This document shows positions 1 to 9,357 of a DNA stretch of 32,000 nucleotides, in pieces. The stretch lies in contig NC_001263.1 of NCBI RefSeq assembly GCF_000008565.1, positions 1,137,083 to 1,169,082 on the forward strand. Direction: 5' to 3'. This stretch comes from Deinococcus radiodurans R1 = ATCC 13939 = DSM 20539. GTDB lineage: Bacteria > Deinococcota > Deinococci > Deinococcales > Deinococcaceae. The number at the start of each line of letters is the position of its first letter. Positions within the stretch are counted from its first letter, which is position 1. The notes below the pieces were generated by a model. The model was not told the origin of the DNA, searched no databases, and saw nothing but the letters and a program-made list of their open reading frames with translations. Both the position numbers and the translations under genes were made by a program.

Positions 1-771
1 GCGCCGCACGAGGTCGAGGGCGAGGTAGCCCTGAATGCTTACGGCGAGCTGCGTCATCAGGTCGGTTACGCGCTGGCGCACGGCAAAGAGCAGTTCCTCG
101 GACACGACGCGGGCCTTTTCGGGGTCGGTCTGCGCGAGTTGCGTGAGCTGCGCGGTCAGCGCCTCGTCCACTGCTTTGCCGACGTGGGCGTACTGGCGCA
201 GCTTCTGCATCGTTTCCCAGAGGTGGACTTTTTCAGTCTCGATGACCGCGTTGTCGCGCCGCAGCTCGTCCTGGCCCCGGTAGAGCGATTCCAGAATGCC
301 GTTGAGGTGACTCTGCGCCGACTGGTATTTGTCCAGATGGTTCTGAACCTTTTTGGCGCCCGGCAGCAGCCCAAAGAGGCGGCGCGGCGTGGGCGTGCGG
401 CTGGGGTCAAGGTCTTCGACTGTGCGGCGCAGGTCGGTCAGGCCCCGCAGGATGTCACTGCCCTCGGCGAGCGCCCCGGCGCGGGTGGCGCGCAGCGGGC
501 GGTCGAGCATCCGGTTGCTGCTCTGAGCGGCGGCGCGCTGCTCGGGGAGGCCGAGGTCATGCACGGCGTCGAGCTTGCGGCGAAACTCGGGCGAGTTGGT
601 GCCAGCCACCAGCACGTCCTCGGCAAAGGCGCGGGCCATGCCGTCGAGCCGCACGCGGTCTTCGGGCGAGAGCGGCACCATCTCGGGGGCGTCTTGCGCC
701 TGTACGCTCGGCACCGCCTCCGGGGCCTGAAGCAGGGCGTCGGGCGGGGTCAGCATCGGCTTGTCGGTCAT
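1..771 (-). CDS. telA: TelA-like toxic anion (tellurite) resistance family protein. Partial: the C-terminus lies beyond the window start.
   Basis: I translated the minus strand by hand from the ATG (rc of 769-771). The frame stays open to position 1, and it is missing from the ORF track because it is truncated. The product runs MTDKPMLTPPDALLQ...RLDGMARAFAEDVLVAGTNSPEFRRKLDAVHDLG...LDKYQSAQSHLNGILESLYRGQDELRRDNAVIETEK and resembles the TelA/YceH family by eye. Confidence 0.65.
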   Translation of the reverse strand, partial: MTDKPMLTPPDALLQAPEAVPSVQAQDAPEMVPLSPEDRVRLDGMARAFAEDVLVAGTNSPEFRRKLDAVHDLGLPEQRAAAQSSNRMLDRPLRATRAGALAEGSDILRGLTDLRRTVEDLDPSRTPTPRRLFGLLPGAKKVQNHLDKYQSAQSHLNGILESLYRGQDELRRDNAVIETEKVHLWETMQKLRQYAHVGKAVDEALTAQLTQLAQTDPEKARVVSEELLFAVRQRVTDLMTQLAVSIQGYLALDLVRR

Positions 772-835
772 GCTTCCATTACGCGCCCAGGAGCTGAGAG
801 GTTGCATCAGGCAAAAGGTGGAGGGGCCGTCAGGA

Positions 836-1540
836 TTACTTGCGCGCCTTTGCTCCTTTTCCCCGCGCTTCCAAAACACTGCCGACCTGCAAACACCACA
901 GGAAGAGCAAGGCGCAAATCAGCGAAAAAAGGCCCCACAGTCCCACCAGGCTGACCGGGACGCCGCGCCGCAAGACGGCCAGCGTCGGCATGATGGGATT
1001 GACATAGGCCGTGGTCATTAGCTTCCCGGTCTGCGGGTCCCTCTCGCCGGCCTGAAGCTCTTGCCAGAGCGGCTTCCCGCAGTTGTTCAGATTATCGTTG
1101 CTGAAAGGAGGCGGCAGCACACGCGAACTGCTGTATTCGCGGCCCTCAAAGGTGTAGGTGTAGTGGATACCCCAGACAGGTGGCCCACCCGCGACCTTGC
1201 CACACGGCCTCGGCGCAAAAAGAGTGATGTGGGCAGGCACGGGCCGGTAAGCGTAGGATGCGAGGGCGCTCGGCAGACCCGGAATCCAGACGAGCCCGAA
1301 AATGAGGGTACTCGCCCAGCCAATCGTCAGAGTGTAAACCAACGTGAAGGTCGCAATACTGCCCCAGCGGCGGTAGGTCTGCTGCTCGGCGGGAGAAAGC
1401 TGCTGCACGGTGGGGGGCAGGTCCTCAAGTTGGCGCCGGGCGTGTTTCTCAGCCGCTGCCCGCGCCCGCGCCTCATCCTGCTGGCGGCACAATTCCTGCC
1501 ATTCTTGCAGGTCCTTTGTTTTCCGCTCAGGCTGGGGCAT
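836..1540 (-). CDS. Hypothetical membrane protein: charged N-terminal helix, TM segment, beta-rich middle, C-terminal TM segment (DUF3592-like topology).
   Basis: A 234-aa ORF with an ATG start 8 nt after the stop of the upstream gene. Hydrophobic segments are GSIATFTLVYTLTIGWASTLIFGLVWIPGL and VSLVGLWGLFSLICALLFLWCL. GC3-rich codons. Confidence 0.55.
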   Translation of the reverse strand: MPQPERKTKDLQEWQELCRQQDEARARAAAEKHARRQLEDLPPTVQQLSPAEQQTYRRWGSIATFTLVYTLTIGWASTLIFGLVWIPGLPSALASYAYRPVPAHITLFAPRPCGKVAGGPPVWGIHYTYTFEGREYSSSRVLPPPFSNDNLNNCGKPLWQELQAGERDPQTGKLMTTAYVNPIMPTLAVLRRGVPVSLVGLWGLFSLICALLFLWCLQVGSVLEARGKGAKARK

Positions 1541-1548
1541 GGGTCAGT

Positions 1549-2160
1549 TTAGTGCCGGCACCCCCGCATCCCCGCCGGAATCTCAAAGCTCGCGCTGGCC
1601 CGCTGCGTGGGGTCGGCGTTCAGGGTCGCCTTGATTTTGACCCAGCCGCGCTTTTCCAGGCAGGGAGGCACATAAAACCCTGTTTTGGCGTCAATGCGGC
1701 CCAGGTTCGGCGGGTTGAGGCTCCACGTTACTCCCTGGCGCACGATTTCGGGTGGGGCGTCCAGATACAGGCCGAAGGGGTGCCCGTATCCCGTCAGCCG
1801 GAACCCACGCACGGCGGGTGCGTCAGCTTTGGGCTGGAGAATGAAATTCACCTTCTGCGTGATGGGGTGACAGCCGTCAGGCGTGCGCGGCACTTTGATG
1901 CCCGTCTTCCCGGCGGGCTGATAATTGGGCGCACTTACGCGGACGCTGAGGCCGTCTTTGCCGCGCTCGGTGTGGATGGATGCGCCCGTGAGCTGCAAGC
2001 CGCGTTCGTTGCGGACAGTGACGTTCAGTTCGGGGATACCGACGGCGGTGCAAGCACGGACAGGGGGCGCTTTGGTGGGCTGACCGGACGATGAAAAGCC
2101 CCCGCCCGACACTTCATCAGGCAGGGGAGAACAGCCGGGCATTTCACCCTTATCCATCAA
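1549..2160 (-). CDS. Hypothetical protein with an Ig-like (Big_2-like) C-terminal region.
   Basis: A 203-aa ORF with a TTG/ATG start about 20 nt after the hemY stop. The C-terminal stretch VTWSLNPPNLGRIDAKTGFYVPP...VKIKATLNADP resembles bacterial Ig-like domains. There is no signal peptide. Confidence 0.45.
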   Translation of the reverse strand: MMDKGEMPGCSPLPDEVSGGGFSSSGQPTKAPPVRACTAVGIPELNVTVRNERGLQLTGASIHTERGKDGLSVRVSAPNYQPAGKTGIKVPRTPDGCHPITQKVNFILQPKADAPAVRGFRLTGYGHPFGLYLDAPPEIVRQGVTWSLNPPNLGRIDAKTGFYVPPCLEKRGWVKIKATLNADPTQRASASFEIPAGMRGCRH

Positions 2161-2180
2161 CCATCAGCGCAGCGGAACCC

Positions 2181-3530
2181 TCACCCATCCACGCCCAGCG
2201 CGGCAACCACATCCCGCGCCGCCGTCCGGCCCGCGTTCACGCAGTCGGGAATGCCGACGCCCGTGTAACTCGACCCCGCCACCTGAATATTCGGCGGCAG
2301 CGCGGCGCGGATGCGGGCGATGTGGTCCAGGTGCCCCACCTGATACGCCGGATTCTTGCCCCGCCAGTCGGCATAGGCGTGCCAGAGCGGATCGCCCTGC
2401 GCGCCGAACAGCCGGGCGACTTCGTGAACCGCCTCGGCCAGGGCTTTTTGCGGGTCCAGGTCCTTGAAAAAGACCCGCAGCAGCACGTGTCCCTCGGGCG
2501 CGCGGCCATGCAGCTTGGCCGAGTGGACGGTGATGGCTTTCATCTCTATGCCCTCGTCGGCGGCGACTTGGAGCCCGTGCAGGTGCATGTCGCGGGGAAA
2601 CTGCCCCTCACGGTAGGCGAGGATAACGGCCACCGAGCCGTTCGTCTGCAGCTCGCCCACCAGCGCGGACGCTGCGGGGAAACTCTGACCCAGCGTTGGC
2701 GCGGCGACCCAGGCGGGAGCCGTTAAAACAACGCCGCTTGCCGCAATTTTTTCGCCGCCGGTTAGGGTTACGCCGTCCGGGTGAACGGCCAGCACGGGCG
2801 TATTCAGCCGCACGTCGCCGGTCAGCTTGGCGGCCACCGCGTTCGCCAGGGTGGACATGCCGTCCTTGAACGACCCGAAAATCGGCCCCTGGGCACGGGG
2901 CGTGGCGCGGCTGCCCTTGATGACGCTGCCATATTTCTGCTCCAGCGCGAGAAACTGCGGAAACGCTGCTTTCATGCTGAGTTCAAAGGGATTGGCGACG
3001 TAAATGCCAGCCGCCAGCGGCACGATGAAATTCATTGCCTCCGCCCCGAAGCGCCGGATGATGAAGTCGGCGAGCGACTCGTCCTCGTCGGTGTTTTCTT
3101 TGGGCGGCACGTTCTGCTCGTCGAGCATCCGGCGCAGACCCTCCGGCGAGAGGACGCCGCTTTGCAGAAACGACTCGTCGTCGAGCGGCACGAACATTTT
3201 CAGGTTCTGCGGAAAGTCGAGCAGCTCGCCGCCGCGCAGGAAATACAGCTTTTTGGTCTCCGCGCGCGGGTGAATAAGTTCGTCTTGCAGCCCGACTTCC
3301 TGCGCGAGTTGCAGCGCCCAGGGCTTGCCGAGGATGAAGGCGTCGGCGGCCTTTTCCACCAGAAATTCGTCCTCCGTGCGCTCGCTCTGTACCTTGCCGC
3401 CGAAAGAGTCTCCCGCTTCGAGCAGGACATACGGCACGCCCCTCTGTTGCAGCTCCCAGGCGGCGGCGAGGCCGGTCATGCCCGCGCCGACGACGATGAT
3501 GGGTAGGGTATGGGCGTTAGGGTTGGTCAT
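2181..3530 (-). CDS. hemY: FAD-dependent protoporphyrinogen/coproporphyrinogen III oxidase (HemY/CgoX type).
   Basis: Contains the Rossmann motif IVVGAGMTGLAAAWELQQRG and has HemY-like length. The likely start is the internal ATG at 3530 (MTNPNAH), 10 nt after the hemH stop. The track ORF extends to 3569. Confidence 0.85.
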   Translation of the reverse strand: MTNPNAHTLPIIVVGAGMTGLAAAWELQQRGVPYVLLEAGDSFGGKVQSERTEDEFLVEKAADAFILGKPWALQLAQEVGLQDELIHPRAETKKLYFLRGGELLDFPQNLKMFVPLDDESFLQSGVLSPEGLRRMLDEQNVPPKENTDEDESLADFIIRRFGAEAMNFIVPLAAGIYVANPFELSMKAAFPQFLALEQKYGSVIKGSRATPRAQGPIFGSFKDGMSTLANAVAAKLTGDVRLNTPVLAVHPDGVTLTGGEKIAASGVVLTAPAWVAAPTLGQSFPAASALVGELQTNGSVAVILAYREGQFPRDMHLHGLQVAADEGIEMKAITVHSAKLHGRAPEGHVLLRVFFKDLDPQKALAEAVHEVARLFGAQGDPLWHAYADWRGKNPAYQVGHLDHIARIRAALPPNIQVAGSSYTGVGIPDCVNAGRTAARDVVAALGVDG

Positions 3531-3540
3531 CGGCCCCCCC

Positions 3541-4491
3541 TCACGCCACCTCAGCCGCCTTACGCTCAATCACGCTCGCCAGAGTCCCGATAAACAGCGG
3601 GTCGGTGTTCAGCGCGGGCGGGCGCACCAGCGTCATGCCGAGTTCGTGGGCGACTTCCTGCGCGGCGATGTCGATGTCGAACAGGATTTCCACGTGGTCG
3701 GACACGAAACCGATGGCGATGCTCACGACCTTTTTGATGCCCTGCTCGTTCAGGTCGCGCAGGTGCTCGTCGAGCTGCGGCCCCAGCCAGGGCTCGGGGC
3801 TGCGGCCCGCCGACTGGTAGCTCCACGACCACTGCTCATCGGTCAAGCCCGCCTGCGCCGCCACCAGGCGCGCCGTCTCGTGGAGCTGGTCAGCGTAGGG
3901 GTCGCCCTCCTTGATAATCCGGACCGGCAAGCTGTGGGCTGAAAGAATCACGTGCACGTCGTCGCGCTCGTCCTCCGGAAACTCCTGAATGCCTATCCGG
4001 ACGCGGTCAGCGAGCGCAGTGATGTAACCGGGCTCGGTGTGGTAGTTGTCGATATAGGCAAAATCGATGTGACCGTGGTTCATTTCCAGCGCGGCCTTGA
4101 TTTTTTTCTGGTACTTGGCGACGCTCAGGCTGGAATACTGCGGCGCCAGCACGATGGCGATGGCCTGCTCGATGCCGTCGTCGAGCATCTCGCGCACGGC
4201 GTCCTCGATCCAGGGCGACCAGTGGCGCATCCCGATGTAGGCCTTCAGGGGCCGCCCGGTGCTGGCGAGTTGCTCCATAGTGGCTTCCACCTGGGCGCGG
4301 GTAAATTCGGGCAGCGGCGACTTACCCCCGATCAGGCGGTAGTTGTTGGTGATTTCGTCCAGAATCGCCTGCGAGGTCACGCGCCCGGCGCGGATGTCAG
4401 CGAGGTAGCCGGGCATCTCGCCCAGGTTTTCCGGGCCACCGTAGGCCATGAAGAGGACGCCGAGGGGTTTTTGGTTGGTGAGGGTGGTCAT
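3541..4491 (-). CDS. hemH: Ferrochelatase (coproporphyrin ferrochelatase type).
   Basis: LGVLFMAYGGPENLGEMPGYL...HSLP...SVAIGFVSDHVEILFDIDI is typical of ferrochelatase. The ATG at 4491 is preceded by AAGGAG. The longer track ORF (to 4575) runs through a non-coding repeat. Confidence 0.9.
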   Translation of the reverse strand: MTTLTNQKPLGVLFMAYGGPENLGEMPGYLADIRAGRVTSQAILDEITNNYRLIGGKSPLPEFTRAQVEATMEQLASTGRPLKAYIGMRHWSPWIEDAVREMLDDGIEQAIAIVLAPQYSSLSVAKYQKKIKAALEMNHGHIDFAYIDNYHTEPGYITALADRVRIGIQEFPEDERDDVHVILSAHSLPVRIIKEGDPYADQLHETARLVAAQAGLTDEQWSWSYQSAGRSPEPWLGPQLDEHLRDLNEQGIKKVVSIAIGFVSDHVEILFDIDIAAQEVAHELGMTLVRPPALNTDPLFIGTLASVIERKAAEVA

Positions 4492-4507
4492 GGTTGCTCC
4501 TTTAAAA

Positions 4508-4588
4508 GACCCCTCACCCTTCCGCCGCTTTGCGGCTCCCTCCCTCTCCCCTGGGGAGAGGGCCTTGCGCAGCAAGGGGTGAGGGGTC
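4508..4588. repeat. Small non-coding hairpin repeat (SNR/MITE-like), copy 1.
   Basis: Perfect 12-bp terminal inverted repeats GACCCCTCACCC / GGGTGAGGGGTC, with internal sub-hairpins GCCGCtttGCGGC and CTCTCCCctgGGGAGAG. It shares the CCCTCACCCCTTGC..GCAAGGCCCTCTC core with the copies at 22.2 kb and 25.9 kb. Confidence 0.7.
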
Positions 4589-4594
4589 TTTGCG

Positions 4595-6418
4595 TCAGAT
4601 ATTCCGCACCGCGCCCCGCGAAGCGCTCGTCGTCATAGACGCATAGGCGCGTAGGGCAGCGGTGATTTTGCGGGGCCGGGGTTCGGCGGGGTGCCAGCCT
4701 TCTTCCTCGCGCTTCTGGCGGCGGGCGGCGAGTTCAGCGTCCGGCACGGCGAGGTGAATGGTGCGGTTCGGGATGTCGATTTCGATGAGGTCGCCCGTCT
4801 CGACCAGGCCGATGGTGCCGCCCTCCGCCGCCTCGGGCGAGACGTGGCCGATGCTCAGGCCGCTGCTGCCGCCCGAGAAACGACCGTCGGTGACCAGCGC
4901 GCAGGCTTTGCCCAGCCCCTTGGACTTGAGGTAGCTCGTCGGGTAGAGCATTTCCTGCATGCCGGGGCCACCGCGTGGGCCTTCGTAGCGAATCAGCACG
5001 ACCTCGCCTTCCTTGACTTCGCCGCTGAGGATGGCGTCCACCGAGGCGTCTTGCGACTCGAAAACGCGCGCCGGGCCGCTGAACTTCAGGATGGATTCGT
5101 CCACGCCCGCCGTCTTGACGATGCAGCCGTCTTCGGCGAGGTTGCCGTACAGCACCGCCAGCCCGCCGTCCTGCGAGAAAGCGTGCTCGGCGCTGCGAAT
5201 GACGCCTGCTTCCCGGTCGGTGTCGAGTTCGCGGTAACGGCGCGACTGCGAGAAGGCGAAGACGGTGGGAATGCCGCCGGGCGCGGCGCGGTAGAACTCG
5301 TGGTGGTTCTCATTGCGGACCACGTCCCACTCGTTCAGGGCGGCGCTCATGCTGGGGGCGTGTACGGTGCTCACGTCGGTCTTCAGCAGCCCGGCGCGGT
5401 CAAGCTCGCCCAGAATGCCCATGATGCCCCCAGCGCGGTGCACGTCTTCCATGTGCACGTCGTTCTTGGCGGGCGCCACCTTGCACAGCACCGGCACCCG
5501 CCGCGAGAGCTGGTCGATGTCCTGCATGGTGAAATCCACCCCGGCCTCGTGCGCGGCGGCCAGCAGGTGCAGCACCGTATTGGTCGAGCCGCCCATCGAG
5601 ATGTCGAGGGTCATGGCGTTCTCGAAGGCGTCGTAGGTGGCGACACTGCGCGGCAGCACGCTCTCGTCATCGCCCTCGTAGTAGCGCTTGGCGAGGTCCA
5701 CGATCAGGTGCCCGGCGCGCTTGAACAGGTTCTGGCGGTCGGAGTGGGTCGCCAGCACCGAGCCGTTGCCCGGCAGCGAGAGGCCCAGCGCCTCCGTCAG
5801 GCAGTTCATCGAGTTGGCGGTGAACATGCCCGAGCACGAGCCGCAGGTGGGGCAGGCCGAGCGCTCCACCAGTTCGATGTCTTCCTCGCTCACGCTGTCG
5901 TCGGCGGCCATCACCATTGCGTCCACCAGGTCCAGCGCGTGCTCGCCGTCACCGAGCTTGACCTTGCCCGCTTCCATCGGCCCGCCCGAGACGAACACGG
6001 TGGGGATATTGAGGCGCAGCGCGGCCATCAGCATGCCGGGGGTAATCTTGTCGCAGTTGGAGATGCAAACCATCGCGTCGGCGCAGTGGGCGTTGACCAT
6101 GTACTCCACGCTGTCGGCGATGATTTCGCGGCTGGGCAGTGAGTAGAGCATCCCGTCGTGGCCCATGGCGATGCCGTCGTCCACGGCGATGGTGTTGAAC
6201 TCCTTCGCCACGCCGCCCGCCGCCGCGATTTCACCCGCGACGAGTTGCCCGAGGTCCTTGAGGTGCACGTGCCCCGGCACGAACTGGGTGAACGAGTTGA
6301 CCACCGCGATGATCGGCTTCTGGAAATCGCCGTCGGTCATGCCGGTGGCGCGCCACAGGGCACGGGCGCCGGCCATATTACGGCCCTCGGTGGTGGTTCT
6401 GGAACGGTAAGTCGGCAT
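4595..6418 (-). CDS. ilvD: Dihydroxy-acid dehydratase (long, enterobacterial-type form).
   Basis: A 607-aa ORF reading [29 protein letters not shown]...NCDKITPGM...[17 protein letters not shown]...[19 protein letters not shown]. It is collinear with IlvD along the whole length. Confidence 0.95.
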   Translation of the reverse strand: MPTYRSRTTTEGRNMAGARALWRATGMTDGDFQKPIIAVVNSFTQFVPGHVHLKDLGQLVAGEIAAAGGVAKEFNTIAVDDGIAMGHDGMLYSLPSREIIADSVEYMVNAHCADAMVCISNCDKITPGMLMAALRLNIPTVFVSGGPMEAGKVKLGDGEHALDLVDAMVMAADDSVSEEDIELVERSACPTCGSCSGMFTANSMNCLTEALGLSLPGNGSVLATHSDRQNLFKRAGHLIVDLAKRYYEGDDESVLPRSVATYDAFENAMTLDISMGGSTNTVLHLLAAAHEAGVDFTMQDIDQLSRRVPVLCKVAPAKNDVHMEDVHRAGGIMGILGELDRAGLLKTDVSTVHAPSMSAALNEWDVVRNENHHEFYRAAPGGIPTVFAFSQSRRYRELDTDREAGVIRSAEHAFSQDGGLAVLYGNLAEDGCIVKTAGVDESILKFSGPARVFESQDASVDAILSGEVKEGEVVLIRYEGPRGGPGMQEMLYPTSYLKSKGLGKACALVTDGRFSGGSSGLSIGHVSPEAAEGGTIGLVETGDLIEIDIPNRTIHLAVPDAELAARRQKREEEGWHPAEPRPRKITAALRAYASMTTSASRGAVRNI

Positions 6419-6492
6419 GGGGTATTTTCCGCCCTTCGGGGAAGCGAAATGAGAGGAGTGTCTAAAAGACCCCCGTTTACAGCGGCGGCTGT

Positions 6493-7671
6493 CTAGCGCT
6501 GCGTCTGCTCGTGCACGTAGTCGGTCAGGCGGTGCACCATGTCCTGCGGGGTTTCGGGCAGCAGGCCGTGGCCCACGTTGAAGATGTGACCGGGCCGCCC
6601 GTTCGCCTCGTGCAGGATGCGGTCGGTCTGATGCTTGAGTTCGCGCCAGGGCGCTTGCAGCAGCAGCGGGTCGAGGTTGCCCTGAATGCTCTGGCCGGGC
6701 TGAATGAGGTCCCAGGCCTTGTCGAGCGGCGTGCGCCAGTCCGCGCCCATCACGTCGCTGCCCAGACTCGCCATATCGGGCATCAGGTGGGTGGCCCCGG
6801 TGCCGAAATAGATGACCGGCACGCCGAGTTTCTTGACGCGCTCGATCAGGCCGGCGGTGGCGGGCTTGACGAAGGTCTGATAGTCGTAGACCGACAGCGC
6901 GCCCACCCAGGAGTCGAAAATCTGCACGGCGCTCGCTCCGGCTTTGACCTGCTCGGTCAGGTAATCGGCCAGCACCGACTCGAACTTGCCCATCAGCCGC
7001 GCCCAGGCGGCGGGCTCGGCGTACATGAAGCGCTTGGTCTTCTCGTAGTTGCGCGAGCCTTTGCCCTCAATCGCGTAGCTTGCGAGGGTAAACGGCGCGC
7101 CGACAAACCCGATGAGCGGAATCCCGCGCGAGTTGAGTTCGGGCATCAGCAGGCGGATGCTCTCGGCGGTGTACGGCATCGTCTCGGCGGTGGCAGGCAC
7201 GCCGAGCACGTCCACGTCTTTAGGCGTATTGATGGGGTTGTGAATGACCGGGCCGACGCCGCCCACGAAGTCCAGACTCAGGCCCATGGTGGGCAGCGGG
7301 GTCAGGATGTCGTTGAAAAGAATCGCGGCGTCGAGCGGCATCGCCTTGATGGGTTGCAAGGTGATTTCGGCGGCGAGGTCCGGCGTGCGGATGCACTCCA
7401 GCATGGTCTTGCCGGCCCGCAGAGCGCGGTACTCGGGCATGTAACGCCCCGCCTGGCGCATGAACCAGACCGGCGTGTAAGGGGCCTGCTCGCCGCGCGC
7501 CGTTTTCAGAAACGCCGAGTCGCGCACGCGGGGGTCGAGTTCGGGCCGGCTGACGCCGGGGCGTCCGGGCACCCGCCCCACCGAGGGGTCGAGGGCGGTG
7601 GGCTGGTCGGCGGGCGGCGGCGCCGTGGCCGGTTGTTTTTCCGGCGCCTGTTCACTTTGAGGACGAGTCAC
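6493..7671 (-). CDS. hemE: Uroporphyrinogen decarboxylase.
   Basis: [29 protein letters not shown] followed by a HemE-like body. The GTG start at 7671 gives a P/A/Q-rich extension of about 45 aa. An alternative GTG at 7527 would give a canonical length. Confidence 0.88.
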
Positions 7672-7738
7672 CCGCGCAGCTTACGCCGCCGAAAATCCCG
7701 AAAAGTCCCGTACTGAACGGTAAGAAAGGGCGGGAGGG

Positions 7739-8120
7739 CTAACGTCGCAGGCCATTCAGAAAGACCAGGACAACCGGCGTCAGCAAGGCGGCCAGCCCGC
7801 TGAACAGCACGAAACTGAGCAGCAGACTGCCGAGGTTGTGAGCCACTTCCGCGTCGGTGTCGAAACTCGGTCCCCAGAGGATTTCCCCACAAAATTTCAC
7901 TGTAGAGCCACGCCAGAAGAGGCAGGTAAAGGCAGGCAAAGACGTACAGTGCTCGCCTCAACCGCTGGCATCCAGTCACCGACAACCGACGCCACAGCCA
8001 GCGCGAAAGCAGATAGAGCAGTGGGGCAGAAGAAAAAGCGCGGCGAAGAAAAGAACGTCGGCCATCAGCCCAGTGTGAGAGCCGCAGGCGTGGGAGCATC
8101 CGCCGAAAGTCTGGCCTCAC
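7739..8120 (-). pseudogene. Possible small two-TM membrane protein split over two frames.
   Basis: The frame of ORF 7668..8120 encodes ...ALYVFACLYLPLLAWLYSEILWG. The frame of ORF 7739..7939 encodes EILWGPSFDTDAEVAHNLGSLLLSFVLFSGLAALLTPVVLVFL with good GC3. The switch point coincides with tandem 13-mers at 7873-7898. Weak call. Confidence 0.3.
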
Positions 8121-8153
8121 GTCTCGTCAGCAAGCGGGTGAAAAACTGCGACC

Positions 8154-8810
8154 ATGCGTTTATTTGTGCCGCTGCTCGCCCTGGCTTCTCTGTCCGCCGC
8201 TTCCGCGCAGGCGCCTGCAAAGTGCGCTCTGGCCGCGCGGGTGGACGCCGCGAGCTACGCCGCCCTGACCATGACCGGGGCGAGTGAAGCCGACCAGGAC
8301 AATGTCGCCTTTACCTGGGCGCAGTGCCGCGCCGCCGCGCTCAACGCCAATCTCAGCAACAGCCCCCAACTGCGGGCGCGGATAGTGAACCTGCGCGGGC
8401 AGTACCGGGAACTGCGGGACATCGAAAGCGAACTGGCGGGCATCCGTGCGGGCGGCGGCACCATGTACGGCCACGCCGTGCCGCGCAACTACGCCGTGCT
8501 CGAACCCCGTATCGAAAGCCTCGCCAACCTCGCCCGCAGCAGCGCTGGAGCGGTGAAAAGTGTTCAGTACGAAGGCGCTTTGCGTGACGCCAGAGACATG
8601 CAGGCCGCCTACATCAAGACCCTGCGCGCCTACAAGCCGCGGCCTGACGAAACGTATGTCCGGTATGACGCCAAAGACTGGAATGCCCGCGTCAACCGCT
8701 ACGAAGCCGTCAGCAAAAGCATCATGCGGACGCTTGGCAATCGGGGCGACGCCGCCACTGCGCTGGGCTACAGCATCCTGACCGACTGGGCTTTCGGAGC
8801 TGACGAGTAG
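8154..8810 (+). CDS. Secreted hypothetical protein.
   Basis: A 218-aa ORF with an ATG start and the signal peptide MRLFVPLLALASLSAASAQA. The helical, R/A-rich body contains two Cys. I cannot name a domain. Confidence 0.6.
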   Translation: MRLFVPLLALASLSAASAQAPAKCALAARVDAASYAALTMTGASEADQDNVAFTWAQCRAAALNANLSNSPQLRARIVNLRGQYRELRDIESELAGIRAGGGTMYGHAVPRNYAVLEPRIESLANLARSSAGAVKSVQYEGALRDARDMQAAYIKTLRAYKPRPDETYVRYDAKDWNARVNRYEAVSKSIMRTLGNRGDAATALGYSILTDWAFGADE

Positions 8811-8832
8811 ACCTCCGCACGCCCAGTTCGTC

Positions 8833-9357
8833 TTATTTAGGCCCCGGAAACAGCGTCAACTGCCCCTCAATCGGCAGCAGCACATAAGGCCCACTCGGCG
8901 CGGGCCGTCCGGCTCCCTTCGCCTGATATTTGACCTTCCCAGCCTCGTCGAAAACCACCGTTCCCCACCCCGTCGTTAGCCCCAGCCAGCGGCCTAAAGG
9001 CGTAAAATTCGGGATACCTGCGCCCAGCGGCAAAGGAATGGGTTGCAGCTTGCCGCCGCGCAGAACTGCCACGCTGCCCGGAGTGGAGACGAAAATGCTC
9101 TCCCCATGCGAGAAAAGCCGCACCTCGCCATCATCCACGTTCGGCAGCCACCCGGCAGGCAGCGGCCAGAGCCTCAGGCCGGCAGCGTCCACCCGGACGA
9201 GGCGCGAACCACCGCCGCCCGGCGCATGGACCACCAGCCAGAGCGTGTTTTGATTGTCCAGCAGTGGAGAGCCGGCCCCTGCCTTTTTTCCCTCATCTGA
9301 CGTTGGGTCATTTGAGCAGGTTCGGCTGGTCGGCCACGCTCCCGGCGAGTGACTCAC
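8833..9357 (-). CDS. Hypothetical protein; start uncertain.
   Basis: A 174-aa ORF with good GC3. Its GTG start overlaps the upstream GNAT gene by 50 nt. An ATG at 9296, 12 nt after the GNAT stop, is one base out of frame across a T6/A6 run at 9284-9289. Confidence 0.4.
   Translation of the reverse strand: MSHSPGAWPTSRTCSNDPTSDEGKKAGAGSPLLDNQNTLWLVVHAPGGGGSRLVRVDAAGLRLWPLPAGWLPNVDDGEVRLFSHGESIFVSTPGSVAVLRGGKLQPIPLPLGAGIPNFTPLGRWLGLTTGWGTVVFDEAGKVKYQAKGAGRPAPSGPYVLLPIEGQLTLFPGPK

Noticed and set aside
139-954. A 271-aa plus-strand ORF.
   Set aside because: It is antisense to the TelA-like gene. The translation is R/A/G/H/V-rich with no motifs, the usual shadow ORF of a high-GC gene.
4492-4575. 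N-terminal extension of the ferrochelatase ORF (MLRKALSPGEREGAAKRRKGEGSFKGAT).
   Set aside because: It is a translation of the hairpin repeat element. A good AAGGAG-ATG start exists at 4491, and homologues begin there.
4691-6142. A 483-aa plus-strand ORF, along with 6511..7716, 9440..10357, 13595..15037, 16722..18353, 25894..27687 and 27435..28721.
   Set aside because: All of them mirror well-supported minus-strand genes (ilvD, hemE, GNAT, the coiled-coil genes, lepA, allB, allC). Their products are low-complexity with no recognisable domains.
7528-7671. A 48-aa P/A/Q-rich N-terminal extension of HemE as a possible novel domain.
   Set aside because: It is low-complexity, and an in-frame GTG at 7527 gives a canonical HemE N-terminus. 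I cannot decide between the two starts from sequence alone, so I do not count it as a finding.
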